A DNA stretch of 64,000 nt, from the NCBI GenBank assembly GCA_049322615.1, contig JBMORX010000009.1:130321-194320 (forward strand). Reading direction: 5' to 3'. The stretch is from Patescibacteria group bacterium (GTDB lineage: Bacteria > Patescibacteriota > Microgenomatia > CAYGWK01). The notes under the pieces are model-generated. The model searched no databases. It worked only from the letters and a program-made list of their open reading frames with translations, and was not told where the DNA came from. Made by a program: the position numbers and the translations under genes. Positions 27,833-37,899 of the stretch are shown in pieces (the first letter of the stretch is position 1; every line of letters starts with the position of its first letter).

Positions 27833-29538
27833 TGATATTTTTCCCCAAAAAGATAAAGTTTAACCTGAGTCTTTGGGTTTTGATAAAGAAGGAGTCTTGG
27901 ACCGAATTTCTCTGGTAACCTTTGATTGTCTCCAACCAAAATATGAGTAAAGTAAGTCCCAGGCAACGCGTAAGATTCATGAACATAAGGAAAATCAACA
28001 TAATAAAGATTGTGAATTCCGTAAATTAAAACTAAATCATCTTTTTTAATATTTCTTGAAAACCAACCATCAGCATCATAAAAATCACCAAAAGAAAAGT
28101 TGAGATGCTTTACCAGAAACTGAGTTTTATTCTCTTGGCCTAAAAGATAAGGCAAAAATTTTCGAGTAGCCAATCCTCGACTCCCAGTATTTAAAAGAGC
28201 AGAAAAAATGACAATTCCAAGGATTAGTTTTTCTATACCACTTTGCTTTGATTTTGCAAAGTGGTGTATACCTACCGAAGTTTTCAAATGAGAGTTTAAG
28301 ATGATCTTATGATTAAAATTACTCCCCAAAATCAAAGCTCCGTTAGGTATAACCCCTTGCAAGTTGAAAGCGAAGGGGTATAAAATCTTCTTTTGCTTAA
28401 GGTAAAAATCTAAAACAGCAAAGGTTAAAAGAGTTAAACCCGGAAGATATGGCAGGAGATAGCGATTGGAGGCAGCCGGAGCAAAGAAGGCTCCTAAAAG
28501 ACAATATAAAGCGGTGGTTTTAATTGACAATTTTTGCCTTAAGATGAAGATTAGGACCAAAGGTAAAAAAATAAGATAAACTGGAGAAATAATATCGTCT
28601 GGATGAATAGTGGCATTCCAAAGAAGAAGTGGCAACTTGCTAAGATTTTGAATAAGCCAGGGTGTAGTCCAGGATAGTCCTGGGTCGTGCGCGATCCAGG
28701 ATAATCCTGGGCCGGCTACCCTAAAAAGGACAAGCCACGGTGACGCTACCAATAATGCCAATAAGACGAATTTGACTAGTCTCTTAAATTTCTCATCCTT
28801 GCTTACCAGTAAGATCAAAATCCCAAAAGTCCCCAAAGTCCCAAAAGCTAAAATCTTAGTCGAGATTGCCAAGCCAGTTAAAATCCCCGCCTCCCAAAGA
28901 AAATTTTCTTTTTTTGTTTCAATCCATTTCAGAAATAAGTCTAAAGCCAAAATCTCAAAAAAGGTTCTGGTCAAATCTACATAAGCCGTAGTTGACTGCC
29001 AACCAACCATAAGCATGGTATAGAAAGTCAAAACCCCCAAAAGTGACAGTCTTAAACTCAAATAGCGCTTTAATAAATTAAACAAGGCGACTGCCGCCAA
29101 AATTCCAAAAGAAAAATGAATAAGCTTTGCTAAAATCTCGTTTGAAAAAAGAAGAGCGACCGTATAAAACATTTCCGTAAATCGTGGAAGATTTGCTGGC
29201 CAAAGAAGCCAACCGGGAATATAAAATATCTGATGATTTTGAACATAAAGTTTTGGAGGTGTTAGGTGGTACCACAAAGCATCAAAGGAAAGTTCTGGAG
29301 AAATCGCTCCTAAGAAATTGATTAGCACTTGAATTCCCAAAAGTCCCCAAAGACCCCAAAACCCCAAATTTACCCAGTTTAAATAATTAAAGTGCCAATT
29401 TTTTCTAATCCAGAAAAATCCAGCAACCAAAAATGGAAGAGAAACCAGAAATACTGGTAATCTATAAAGCCAACCGAGAAGTCCCAAAGCCAAGATTAAA
29501 TAAGAATAAATTCCCAAGACGATGGCTAGTCCTACCAT
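27829..29538 (-). CDS. Polytopic GT-C-type glycosyltransferase-like protein with in-frame repeat insertions
   Basis: P...FDALWYHL..P, AYVD, GLA..TK, RYLLP motifs. Confidence 0.7.
   Translation of the reverse strand: MVGLAIVLGIYSYLILALGLLGWLYRLPVFLVSLPFLVAGFFWIRKNWHFNYLNWVNLGFWGLWGLLGIQVLINFLGAISPELSFDALWYHLTPPKLYVQNHQIFYIPGWLLWPANLPRFTEMFYTVALLFSNEILAKLIHFSFGILAAVALFNLLKRYLSLRLSLLGVLTFYTMLMVGWQSTTAYVDLTRTFFEILALDLFLKWIETKKENFLWEAGILTGLAISTKILAFGTLGTFGILILLVSKDEKFKRLVKFVLLALLVASPWLVLFRVAGPGLSWIAHDPGLSWTTPWLIQNLSKLPLLLWNATIHPDDIISPVYLIFLPLVLIFILRQKLSIKTTALYCLLGAFFAPAASNRYLLPYLPGLTLLTFAVLDFYLKQKKILYPFAFNLQGVIPNGALILGSNFNHKIILNSHLKTSVGIHHFAKSKQSGIEKLILGIVIFSALLNTGSRGLATRKFLPYLLGQENKTQFLVKHLNFSFGDFYDADGWFSRNIKKDDLVLIYGIHNLYYVDFPYVHESYALPGTYFTHILVGDNQRLPEKFGPRLLLYQNPKTQVKLYLFGEKYQ
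28234..28382. mobile_element. REPIN/MITE-like element inserted in frame in the GT-C gene
   Basis: Terminal hairpins TATACCACTTTGC..GCAAAGTGGTGTATA and TATAACCCCTTGC..GCGAAGGGGTATA; inner inverted repeat TATACCTAcCGAAGTTTT / AAAGCTCCGTTAGGTATA. Confidence 0.65.
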
Positions 29539-29647
29539 ACTCTTCCCCTTTTTCCTAACATAAGAATATACTTAATTAGCACAAATCCAACCCAAGTTAA
29601 AAAAAACAAAATTTTTAATTTTTCATTTTTAATTTTTAATTTTGTTA

Positions 29648-30418
29648 TCATTTCCACCCCGCCTCTTTTCTCCAAATGAGATAAAGTTTGCTTCTCACTA
29701 AAAACGAGTGAAAACTCATCAATAAAGCGACGATAAATCCCGGCATTCCGTCTAAAAATCCTAAGCGAAAAAAATAATTCTGAATAAATTTAGCCGGAGG
29801 CTTAAACCAATCAAAAAATGTCGTCCGTTTCCCCTCATCATAAAAAGCCCAGGCGTTAAGAGTTGAGAGAAAATTAATACTTCCTAAAAATTCAGTCAAG
29901 GTTTGATGAGGGTAATGGCTCAGAGGATTTTCCATAGTCGCTGTTTCGCCCCTAATTTCCCAAACCTCATCCACTGTCCTTCTCCACTCCCCTGCCCCTT
30001 TTTTCCCAAGCCTCAAAAGTCTAACACCAGCCGTTTCCCCATGTTTTAGTGTTCTTCCCCAGATTTTATCTTCTCGTCTTAGGTAAAACCCAGAATATTT
30101 ACTCTTTGATGTTTGCTTTTTAATTTCAGCCCAAAGTGCCGCCGAGACTCGTTCATCGGCATCAACAAACAGAACCCATTCTCCGCTGGCTTTGTTTAAA
30201 CCAAAATTCCTCTGGCTAGAAAAATCGCAATTTAGGTGTCTTTTGAAAATTTTTATATTACTTCGTTCTTCTTTCTCCACCATTTCCACTATTTTCAAGG
30301 TGCTATCCTCTGAATAATCATCTACAATCACTATTTCATCGGCCCATTTCAAGGTCTTCAAACACTCCCCAATATTCTTCTCCTCGTTTTTAGTAAGAAT
30401 AACTGCTGTGAGCGCCAT
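29648..30418 (-). CDS. Glycosyltransferase family 2 (WaaE/KdtX-like)
   Basis: ILTKNEE.NI..CL, VDDYSED.T, QRN.G, VDADE, F.DG..G. Confidence 0.9.
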   Translation of the reverse strand: MALTAVILTKNEEKNIGECLKTLKWADEIVIVDDYSEDSTLKIVEMVEKEERSNIKIFKRHLNCDFSSQRNFGLNKASGEWVLFVDADERVSAALWAEIKKQTSKSKYSGFYLRREDKIWGRTLKHGETAGVRLLRLGKKGAGEWRRTVDEVWEIRGETATMENPLSHYPHQTLTEFLGSINFLSTLNAWAFYDEGKRTTFFDWFKPPAKFIQNYFFRLGFLDGMPGFIVALLMSFHSFLVRSKLYLIWRKEAGWK

Positions 30419-30548
30419 ATCTGTATTATTTCATTTTTAAGATGCAACGACAAGAGCTACACTCCTTTGTGAACTATTTCATGGATGCACCTGAAAATAA
30501 TTTTCCCTCTTGACAAACGGCTTCTCATTATTTAGTCTTAAAAATAAG

Positions 30549-32817
30549 ATGAAGAAACTGTCCATCTTCATTTTTTTTATTTTTACTCTCTCTTTTATTC
30601 CCCAAAACTGCGCTAGCTGATACCCTTCTGCATGATGATTTCAACGATGGAAACGCCAACGGATGGGAAGAACATTTAGGAAGTGGTGGTTCATGGTCGG
30701 TACAAAACGGAGAATATCGGGGAACAGCAATTAAAAATACACCCGAATATTTGCCTACTTATTCAGTTATAGGAGATGAAAACTGGAATGATTATCGATT
30801 TAACGTAAAAATTTATGGAGAAGCTGGCATCGACAAGACTGTATTATTCAGATATCACTCAATGCAAAAAACTTACAGGTTAGCAGTAATTAGTTCATGG
30901 CCCGACTGGTATGGGGATGAAATTTTTTTAACAAAACAATTTCCTAACCCGATAATTGTTGCAGGTGTAAAATTCGTTAACCAACAACAAAAATGGTATC
31001 AACTCTCAATAGAATTACAAGGACAAAACATTAAAGTCTTTATAGATAATTCTGAAACCCCCTTGCTTGAGTATAATGATGGAGAAAATCCAATTTTAAC
31101 AGGGAAAATAGGAGTATTAACCGAACCAGGTTCTTATGGCGGCTATGGTAGTGTAACAATTAACCGATTTGACGATGTCCTTGTTACCTCCCTTGAACCC
31201 TCGCCTACTCCCACTCCAACCATGACCCCAACCCCCACTCCTCTCCCGCCTCTTGTCCTCCTCCCTGGTCTTGGGGCGAGTTGGAATCACGAGGCGATGA
31301 TTTTAGACCAACCAAGAGAGCCAGAAGATTGGTACATGACTCCAGGAGTTAAAGTTTATGACGGTTTGATACAAACTCTTGAAAACGCTGGTTATGTTCT
31401 TGGCGAAAATCTTTTTATCTTTAATTACGATTGGCGAAAACCGGTGGAAGAAATTGCTAACGACCTAAAAGTTTATATTGGCAGACATCCGCCACCACCA
31501 AGTGGAAAAATTGATCTTGTCGGCCATAGTTTAGGCGGGCTAGTCGCCAGAACTTATGTTCAAGAGAATCCAGGAAACCAAATCGACCAGCTGATCACGG
31601 CTGGTTCGCCCCATAAAGGAACGGTTAAAACTTATTATCTCTGGGAGGGAGCGGAATTAAATAAAGCCCTATCAGGTTGGCAAAGAATCGGAGCGGGAAT
31701 CTTGCTTCAACTCAAAAAGAAAAATTTTGAAAATAATGTTGAAACCATAAAACAGGCTGTCCCGGTTCTAAAAAACCTTCTCCCAACATTTTCTTATCTT
31801 AGAGAAGATGGAACAGAAAAACCGCTTGAGGAAATGGACGAAAGAAATACGTGGCTTGAGAATTTAAATAATCTTCCCTTACCTGAACCGTTGCTCCAAG
31901 TCCTCAATACCTTCGTTGGCGTTAAGGAAAATAGCACTCTTCGCTTTATTAATGTCCAAGATAGAAACGAACTTGACCGACTTTTAGGTAAATGGGTTGA
32001 TGGAAAACCGGTTAGTGAAGAAAATGCTACCGGAGACGACACGGTTTTAGATTTTAGTGCCAGTCTTGATAACGCGGCAAATGTTGTCAATCTCCCTGGT
32101 CTTGACCATGGCGATTTAGTGGAAACTGTTGAAGGTCAACAAAAAATTATGGAAGTTTTAGGTCTTTCACCATCTGAAATTATCCCGGCCCCAGAAATAA
32201 CCTATGAACCCTCTTTGGTCTTTGAAATTGCCTCTCCTGCTAACCTCACCGTTTTTGACCCAAATAACCAGTTAGTTGCCGAAAATCAAAAATTAGTTTT
32301 TGTCTCAAGCCCAATTCCAGGAAATTACAGAATTGAAGTAAATCAAGAAGGTTTGGGTGGTCACTACCGACTTTTGGTTGGTAGAATAAACTCAAGTGGT
32401 GATATTTGGACCGAAGAGGAAGGAGAGACAAGCCCTACTCAACCTCAAACTCATATAATTTCATATAATCCTGACCCTCTGCAATCAAAGCTGCAACTAG
32501 CGATTTTAGCCAGGGATAAATTAAATGAGGCAAAAGACAAGGCTCAAGGCTTAAAAAGACCTCTAAAAATTTTACTTGCCGCCGCAATTGAAAAAAGAAT
32601 CAAGGAAGTAGATAGAATTATTTTCCTTTTAAATCAGGGAAAGAAAGACCGAGCTCAAACAAAAATCCGAGAGGCGATTTTTAGTATTTCCATCCTTGAG
32701 AAAAATTTTAAATTCTTGGCAAAACTTTATAAACTGACCCCAGAAAACCAAGAGGAGTTTAGGATTCTTTTCCGCCAGGCAAAAGATTACCTTGTCCAAG
32801 CCTACGAATTAAAATAG
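30549..32817 (+). CDS. Secreted alpha/beta hydrolase (PGAP1/LCAT-like) with N-terminal lectin-like domain and PT linker; frameshift in the signal peptide
   Basis: GHSLGG nucleophile elbow, YDWR, GSPH.G, GD.TV. ATG 30549 is out of frame with the main ORF across a T8 run at 30571-30578. Confidence 0.75.
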
Positions 32818-32860
32818 AAAGTCTACCTGGTATTCTCAACAAATATTTTTAAGCCCGCCA

Positions 32861-32896
32861 ATTGACAAAATTATACACGTGTACAAATTTGTCAAT
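32861..32896. repeat. Palindrome downstream of PaaX-like gene 2 (core ACACGTGT)
   Basis: ATTGACAAAATTATACACGTGTACAAATTTGTCAAT. Confidence 0.8.
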
Positions 32897-32916
32897 ACTG
32901 GGATTATCTACTTGAA

Positions 32917-33600
32917 CTATATACCAAAATATTCGCGAAAAACTCTGTCGTTTTCAATTTTGTTGACTACCAAAACCTTAACAAACTCTGAAACGCCAAG
33001 GTATTCCCGAAGAAACTCTACCTCATTAAGACATGGATAAGCATGGATATAAAGACTCTCATGAAATCGATAAAAACCTAACCTAGTCAGGAAATCTCTC
33101 ATTAAATTGCGCAACCAATCTCTACCCTTAGGTATATCGTATGTCACAAAATACCACCTACCATCCCATACTTTTGGCTTTCTCAGCTCTAGCTCGTCAA
33201 TGGCGTATTTTAAAACTCTTTTTCTTCCCCTGTCGGTTATCTTAATAATTTGATATTTTCCCTTGCTAATAATTTCTACCAACTTTTGTCTCTCAAGTCT
33301 TTTGATAGTCCTCGCAAGGAAAGTTGGATTAAAAATTTTCCATTTATTTACATCCGGATATTCCTCTTTTTCAATAAAATCCTTTAAACCCAAAGACAAT
33401 CCAGGCGCAATAAACGAAGCCGCCAACATCGTGCCTCCTGCCAGGATCGTTAAAACCTCTTTAACCTTAGCGTACTGCCTTTTTCTCTCTTCAGAAGAAA
33501 ATTTTTTCTCAAGAGACCCGGCGATATATTCAATGTTTTTGATAGGAATTTCTAATTGGTCTATCCTAGTAGTTTTTTTCTTTCTAGGTTTAATTCTCAT
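32917..33600 (-). CDS. PaaX-like protein (wHTH plus Cas2-like domain), CPR type
   Basis: RL.RQKLV, IT.RG, WDGRWYFVTYDIP.....R...R..L..LGFY....S.Y...YPC..E; start set at MRIKP (33600). Confidence 0.8.
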   Translation of the reverse strand: MRIKPRKKKTTRIDQLEIPIKNIEYIAGSLEKKFSSEERKRQYAKVKEVLTILAGGTMLAASFIAPGLSLGLKDFIEKEEYPDVNKWKIFNPTFLARTIKRLERQKLVEIISKGKYQIIKITDRGRKRVLKYAIDELELRKPKVWDGRWYFVTYDIPKGRDWLRNLMRDFLTRLGFYRFHESLYIHAYPCLNEVEFLREYLGVSEFVKVLVVNKIENDRVFREYFGI

Positions 33601-33636
33601 ATTACCAAAATAGAACACGTGTTCAATTTTGTCAAT
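33601..33636. repeat. Palindrome upstream of PaaX-like gene 2
   Basis: ATTACCAAAATAGAACACGTGTTCAATTTTGTCAAT. Confidence 0.8.
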
Positions 33637-33726
33637 ATGATTACGAACTCGTCTAAGATTCTAAGATTTTTGATAGAAGATGATTTGGTAGAAGATAATT
33701 TCATCCAAGCCTAGGAGCTAGAATAA

Positions 33727-34239
33727 TTATTTTTCACACAACTTTTTGCCCGATATTTCTTCTAGTGTGCTTACAACCTTTTGTCTTTCTTCCTCGCCTG
33801 TTTCTTCTTTCACACAATCCATAATGTAACTAACCACTTCTTTTTCTGATTCAAAAAACATTCCTTTCATCCATTCTGGATCAAATTCTCTTTGCAAAGT
33901 CTCCTGCCATGCTCTTTTTACTTCATCTGATACAGAAAGCTCGTATCGGAGGGAAGTTTTGATCCCATGAATCACATCAATCATTGTTAACCCGCGACCG
34001 CCTAATAACTCTAACCGTTCCGGTTTTTCTGGAAAACCCACCGGAGCAACCACCCCATTCCCGGTTAAAATATAGCAATCGGTGTTGTAACAACCAAGCA
34101 GCGGCGGGAAATAAAAATCCTTATGAAGCTCCACGAAATGAAGAGATTTCTCGTCTTTAATTTCTGGGCGAGGGGCACCTTTCGGAATAAAAATATCAAC
34201 ATCACGAGCAAGATTTTTCCCGAAAATTTTATCTAACAC
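33727..34239 (-). CDS. Hypothetical protein
   Basis: 170-aa ORF, co-oriented with neighbours, no recognisable motif. Confidence 0.5.
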   Translation of the reverse strand: MLDKIFGKNLARDVDIFIPKGAPRPEIKDEKSLHFVELHKDFYFPPLLGCYNTDCYILTGNGVVAPVGFPEKPERLELLGGRGLTMIDVIHGIKTSLRYELSVSDEVKRAWQETLQREFDPEWMKGMFFESEKEVVSYIMDCVKEETGEEERQKVVSTLEEISGKKLCEK

Positions 34240-34253
34240 AATGGTATTGGCAC

Positions 34254-35654
34254 TTATCTTCTAGTAACCTCAACAGCGGTAGATTCAAATTCGAAAATTT
34301 CGCCTTTGGGATTGAACATAAAGACATCACTTTTGGGCTCATAAATAGTGTAATTCAAATCTTGATTGTCCTTTTCAACCCTTCCTCCCAACCAAAAAAC
34401 AAGATATTCATAATTTTGGTTAGTCGCAGGATAAATATCAAGTTGCCCTTTTCTTTTTAAGGCAAAAGGTTTGCCTGAAGCATCTTCTATAATAAATCTT
34501 GCCACTTTCATCCTTTCTCTGATTGGAATTGAGTAACGCCAGAGAAAATAATCATTTTTTATAAGAAAATGAGTATTTGCAACAAGCAAGAATCCTAAAA
34601 GGGCCAAAACAGGTAGAAGCAGTCTCCTTTTTGTTTCTAATAATTGCCCAAGGCTTAAAGAGACAAAAATAGCTGGAGTAGAATAAACAATCCCAAATGA
34701 ATGCTCAGAAGAAACTTTTTTAAGGAAAAGACCAGCCAAAGAAAAAGTTAACCAACAAACTAAAAACTTACCTTCTTTACTTTTTATAGCCTTAAGCACT
34801 CCCAAAGAAAAAACAATGAACCAAAAAATACTAAAATAGTGGCTGAAAGGAGTAGTGAGTTTTTCAAAAATTTCCCAAAAAAGAAGTGGATTCGTAAATC
34901 CGCCACTTGGAGACGCCCAGCCGAGAGCAAGTTTTCGCTCAATTAGACCAGGAAATCTCTTAAAAATTTGCTCCCAGCCAAGAAAAAAGAAACCAAATAA
35001 CAAAAAACCGCTGAGGGAGATTATCAAGATTTTAGAAAGAGCAAAAACGTTCTTCTTCTTTAGGTCATAGAGGAAAAATCCGGAAAAGAATAGTGGAACC
35101 AAAAGTATAGCCGAAAGATTAAGTTGGAGGGCGATAAAAAGGCTAAACATTACTAGCCAAATAAACAGTCTTTCTCCTTTAAAAAATTTGAGGCTTGCAA
35201 AAATAAATAATAAGCCAAAAAATGGCAGGGGTGAAGGCTCAAGAGAGATTCTGCTTTGAATTATTGCCAAAGGAGAACCTGCATATAAAAAAGCAGCCAA
35301 AAGACCCACTCCCTCGCTGAAAAAATCTCTCCCTATTCTGTAAACCAAATAAATTGTTAAAACCCCAAAAAGAGAAGTTAAAATTGCCGGGGCAACTGGA
35401 TTTAAATTTCCGAGGAGAAGAGGAGCTGCAATCAGATAGTAAAAAAATGGACCAAGGTAAACTCCTGGAATGCTTGTCTGTGGTCCAATAAGCGGAAATT
35501 GTCCATTTCTAATTATCGCCGCTGCTTCAAGATACGCTCTTCCTTGATCACCAGTAAAAACTAAAAGCTTATCAATTTCGTTTAGCCTTAAAAATAGACC
35601 GACAAGTAAAATTAAAAGAATCAAGAGCTTATTCTGTTTTGTGATAAGTTTCAA
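34254..35654 (-). CDS. ArnT/PMT-like (GT39/GT83) membrane glycosyltransferase
   Basis: F.GDQGR, P.IGP.TS, GP.FYY; many TM helices. Start moved to TTG 35654 because the ORF-track start lies inside tRNA-Val. Confidence 0.75.
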   Translation of the reverse strand: MKLITKQNKLLILLILLVGLFLRLNEIDKLLVFTGDQGRAYLEAAAIIRNGQFPLIGPQTSIPGVYLGPFFYYLIAAPLLLGNLNPVAPAILTSLFGVLTIYLVYRIGRDFFSEGVGLLAAFLYAGSPLAIIQSRISLEPSPLPFFGLLFIFASLKFFKGERLFIWLVMFSLFIALQLNLSAILLVPLFFSGFFLYDLKKKNVFALSKILIISLSGFLLFGFFFLGWEQIFKRFPGLIERKLALGWASPSGGFTNPLLFWEIFEKLTTPFSHYFSIFWFIVFSLGVLKAIKSKEGKFLVCWLTFSLAGLFLKKVSSEHSFGIVYSTPAIFVSLSLGQLLETKRRLLLPVLALLGFLLVANTHFLIKNDYFLWRYSIPIRERMKVARFIIEDASGKPFALKRKGQLDIYPATNQNYEYLVFWLGGRVEKDNQDLNYTIYEPKSDVFMFNPKGEIFEFESTAVEVTRR

Positions 35655-35667
35655 AGGAATCCCCTGC

Positions 35668-35741
35668 TGTGGACCCGGATGGATTCGAACCATCGACCTT
35701 TCGGATGTGAACCGAACGCTCTACCCCTGAGCCACGAGTCC
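35668..35741 (-). tRNA. tRNA-Val (CAC)
   Basis: GGACTCG/CGGGTCC acceptor, TTCGG-TTCACAT-CCGAA, GGTTCGAATCC. Confidence 0.93.
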
Positions 35742-35803
35742 GGAAATATTATATCAATTTCCCTCTTGCATGACAATCTTTTTTCCCTTTATAATGAAAA
35801 GAT

Positions 35804-36382
35804 ATGAAAGAGTTGGTTCGTAAACTTGGCTCATTTTTTTTAGATATTATCCAAACAGTTGTCTTGGCTCTTTCGATTTTTGTCATCTCCTATCTTTTCT
35901 TATTCCAGCCCCACCAAGTTCGGGGAAATTCAATGTATCAAAACTTTCACGACCAGGAATTCTTGCTGACCGATAAAGTCTCCTATAGGTTTGGAAAGCC
36001 CCAAAGGGGAGACGTAGTTATTTTTAAGGCTCCCCCTTCTGAGCCCTGTGCCGAGACCGAATGTGAGTATATAAAAAGAGTCATTGGTCTACCCGGTGAA
36101 AAGGTCAGAATTTCTGAAGGCTCAATCTTTATAAATGACCAAAAATTAAACGAAGACTATCTTCCCTCTGCCCTCAAAACCCAACCAGGAAGCTTTTTTC
36201 GTGATGGAAAAACAATAACCCTTTCCCAAGATGAATATTTTGTCGCCGGCGATAATCGTCTTCATTCTCGTGATGGCCGAGAATTTGGACCAATTAAAAG
36301 GGAGGCAATAATTGGTAAAGCCTGGTTCAGATACTGGCCAATCTCGCGATTAGGGCTTATTCCTAAGGCAAAATTCCACTAA
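35804..36382 (+). CDS. lepB: Signal peptidase I
   Basis: V.G.SM, RGDVVIF, YIKRVIGLPGE, GDNR..S.D.R. TATAAT lies 8 nt upstream (possibly leaderless). Confidence 0.95.
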   Translation: MKELVRKLGSFFLDIIQTVVLALSIFVISYLFLFQPHQVRGNSMYQNFHDQEFLLTDKVSYRFGKPQRGDVVIFKAPPSEPCAETECEYIKRVIGLPGEKVRISEGSIFINDQKLNEDYLPSALKTQPGSFFRDGKTITLSQDEYFVAGDNRLHSRDGREFGPIKREAIIGKAWFRYWPISRLGLIPKAKFH

Positions 36383-37209
36383 GGCTGGCAAATTCCCTTA
36401 TAAATTTTTTGAAGCCTTTCTTCCGTCTCCTCAAGGTCTCCTTTAAGAACAAGATTTAGTCTCGTCTCCGCCCGAGAACGCGTTAGCTTAACTCGATTCT
36501 TTTCCGGTCCGCCTAAGACTTTCTCAATCTCATCCCGCATCCGGTCAATATCTTCATGAACAATTTTTAAGATTTGTTTCTTTGCTCTCGGTGGCTGACC
36601 AACCTCAGCTTTCATTCTTCTGGCTAAATCCTCGGCTCTTCTGACTGACCCTGATTCGCGCAGAACAACTTTGTAAGCCTCAATCATTACCTTTGGGTCA
36701 TCAATCGCCGCCAAAGCCCGAGCATGACCTTCGGTTATAAGTCCAGATAAAAGACCATCTTTTAAGGCATCAGGTAAGGTTAAAAGACGGAGAGAATTGG
36801 AAACATAAGCCTGACTTTTACCAATTCTTCTGGCAATTTCTGAAGTTGGCAAACTAAATTCTTCAACCAATCGCTGGAAGGCTTTAGCTCGCTCCAAGGG
36901 GTTTAAATCAATTCTTTGAACATTTTCAACCAAAGCCATCTCAAGCATCCCCCGTGGAGTCGTCTCTTTAATGATTGCTGGAACCGTTAGGAGCCCGGCA
37001 ATCTTAGCCGCTCGCCAACGTCTTTCTCCGGCAACTATCTGATATCCGGCTGGGGTTTTTGCGACTACTAATGGCTCCAAAATCCCGTGTTCTTTAATAG
37101 AGTCCACCAAATCAACCAATGATTCGGGAGAAATCATTCCTCTTGGTTGGAGGGGATTTCCTTGGAGTTCCTCAACTGGGATTTGGATAACTTGTTGATT
37201 TTCTTCCAT
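36379..37209 (-). CDS. parB: ParB/Spo0J partitioning protein
   Basis: NP.QPR, L..SIK.HGIL.P, GERRWRA, ENVQR.DL, HTH, GHARAL. Confidence 0.95.
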   Translation of the reverse strand: MEENQQVIQIPVEELQGNPLQPRGMISPESLVDLVDSIKEHGILEPLVVAKTPAGYQIVAGERRWRAAKIAGLLTVPAIIKETTPRGMLEMALVENVQRIDLNPLERAKAFQRLVEEFSLPTSEIARRIGKSQAYVSNSLRLLTLPDALKDGLLSGLITEGHARALAAIDDPKVMIEAYKVVLRESGSVRRAEDLARRMKAEVGQPPRAKKQILKIVHEDIDRMRDEIEKVLGGPEKNRVKLTRSRAETRLNLVLKGDLEETEERLQKIYKGICQP

Positions 37210-37212
37210 GTC

Positions 37213-37467
37213 TTAAGACTTAGGCTTTACCAAAACCATTTGCTCGCCATGCCGTTTTTTAAATTCGACTACTCCTTTTTTAAGAGCAAAAAGAGTAAAA
37301 TCTCGTCCTTTACCTACGCCTTCTCCTGGATGAAACTTAGTTCCTCTTTGACGGACAATAATTTGACCAATACCAACTTCTCCTCCCTCAAAAATTTTGA
37401 CTCCTAAGCGTTTGCCCGGTCGGGTTGTTTTTTGTCTTACTTTTCCACCAGCTTTAGTTTTTGCCAT
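37213..37467 (-). CDS. rpmA: 50S ribosomal protein L27
   Basis: [21 protein letters not shown]. Confidence 0.96.
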   Translation of the reverse strand: MAKTKAGGKVRQKTTRPGKRLGVKIFEGGEVGIGQIIVRQRGTKFHPGEGVGKGRDFTLFALKKGVVEFKKRHGEQMVLVKPKS

Positions 37468-37538
37468 ATTGAGCACCAGTCTAAACTATTTTTTCACGGA
37501 CGTCAAGACTATCAAACTGTATCACCACGGAGACGGGT

Positions 37539-37874
37539 TTAAGAAGTTTTCTGCGCTTTGGCGGTTTCAATTTTTTCTATTCGGATTCTCGTCAAGGCGG
37601 CTCTAAATCCTTTTACCTTTCGATATCTTGATTTCGCCTTAAATCTCGCCACTCTTATTTTTTCTGCCTTAAAATGGGAAAGGATTTTCGCCTTAACTGT
37701 TACACCAGAAACCTGTGGTTGACCGATTTTCACCCCTGCCTCGGACACAAGCAGTAAAACTTCAGGAAATTCAATCTCTTCCCCTTCTTTTTGGGGAAGC
37801 CTTAAAACTTCAATCTCATCTCCCTCGCTTACTTTATATTGACTGCCGCCAATTTTTACAACCGCGTATTTCAT
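37539..37874 (-). CDS. rplU: 50S ribosomal protein L21
   Basis: YAVVK.GG.QYKV.EGD, KI.V..FK.K..Y....G.R. Confidence 0.96.
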   Translation of the reverse strand: MKYAVVKIGGSQYKVSEGDEIEVLRLPQKEGEEIEFPEVLLLVSEAGVKIGQPQVSGVTVKAKILSHFKAEKIRVARFKAKSRYRKVKGFRAALTRIRIEKIETAKAQKTS

Positions 37875-37899
37875 ATAAAAGGTGATTATATCTTAATAT

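Noticed and set aside
35655-35693. ORF-track start of the ArnT-like gene
   Set aside because: Falls inside tRNA-Val(CAC)
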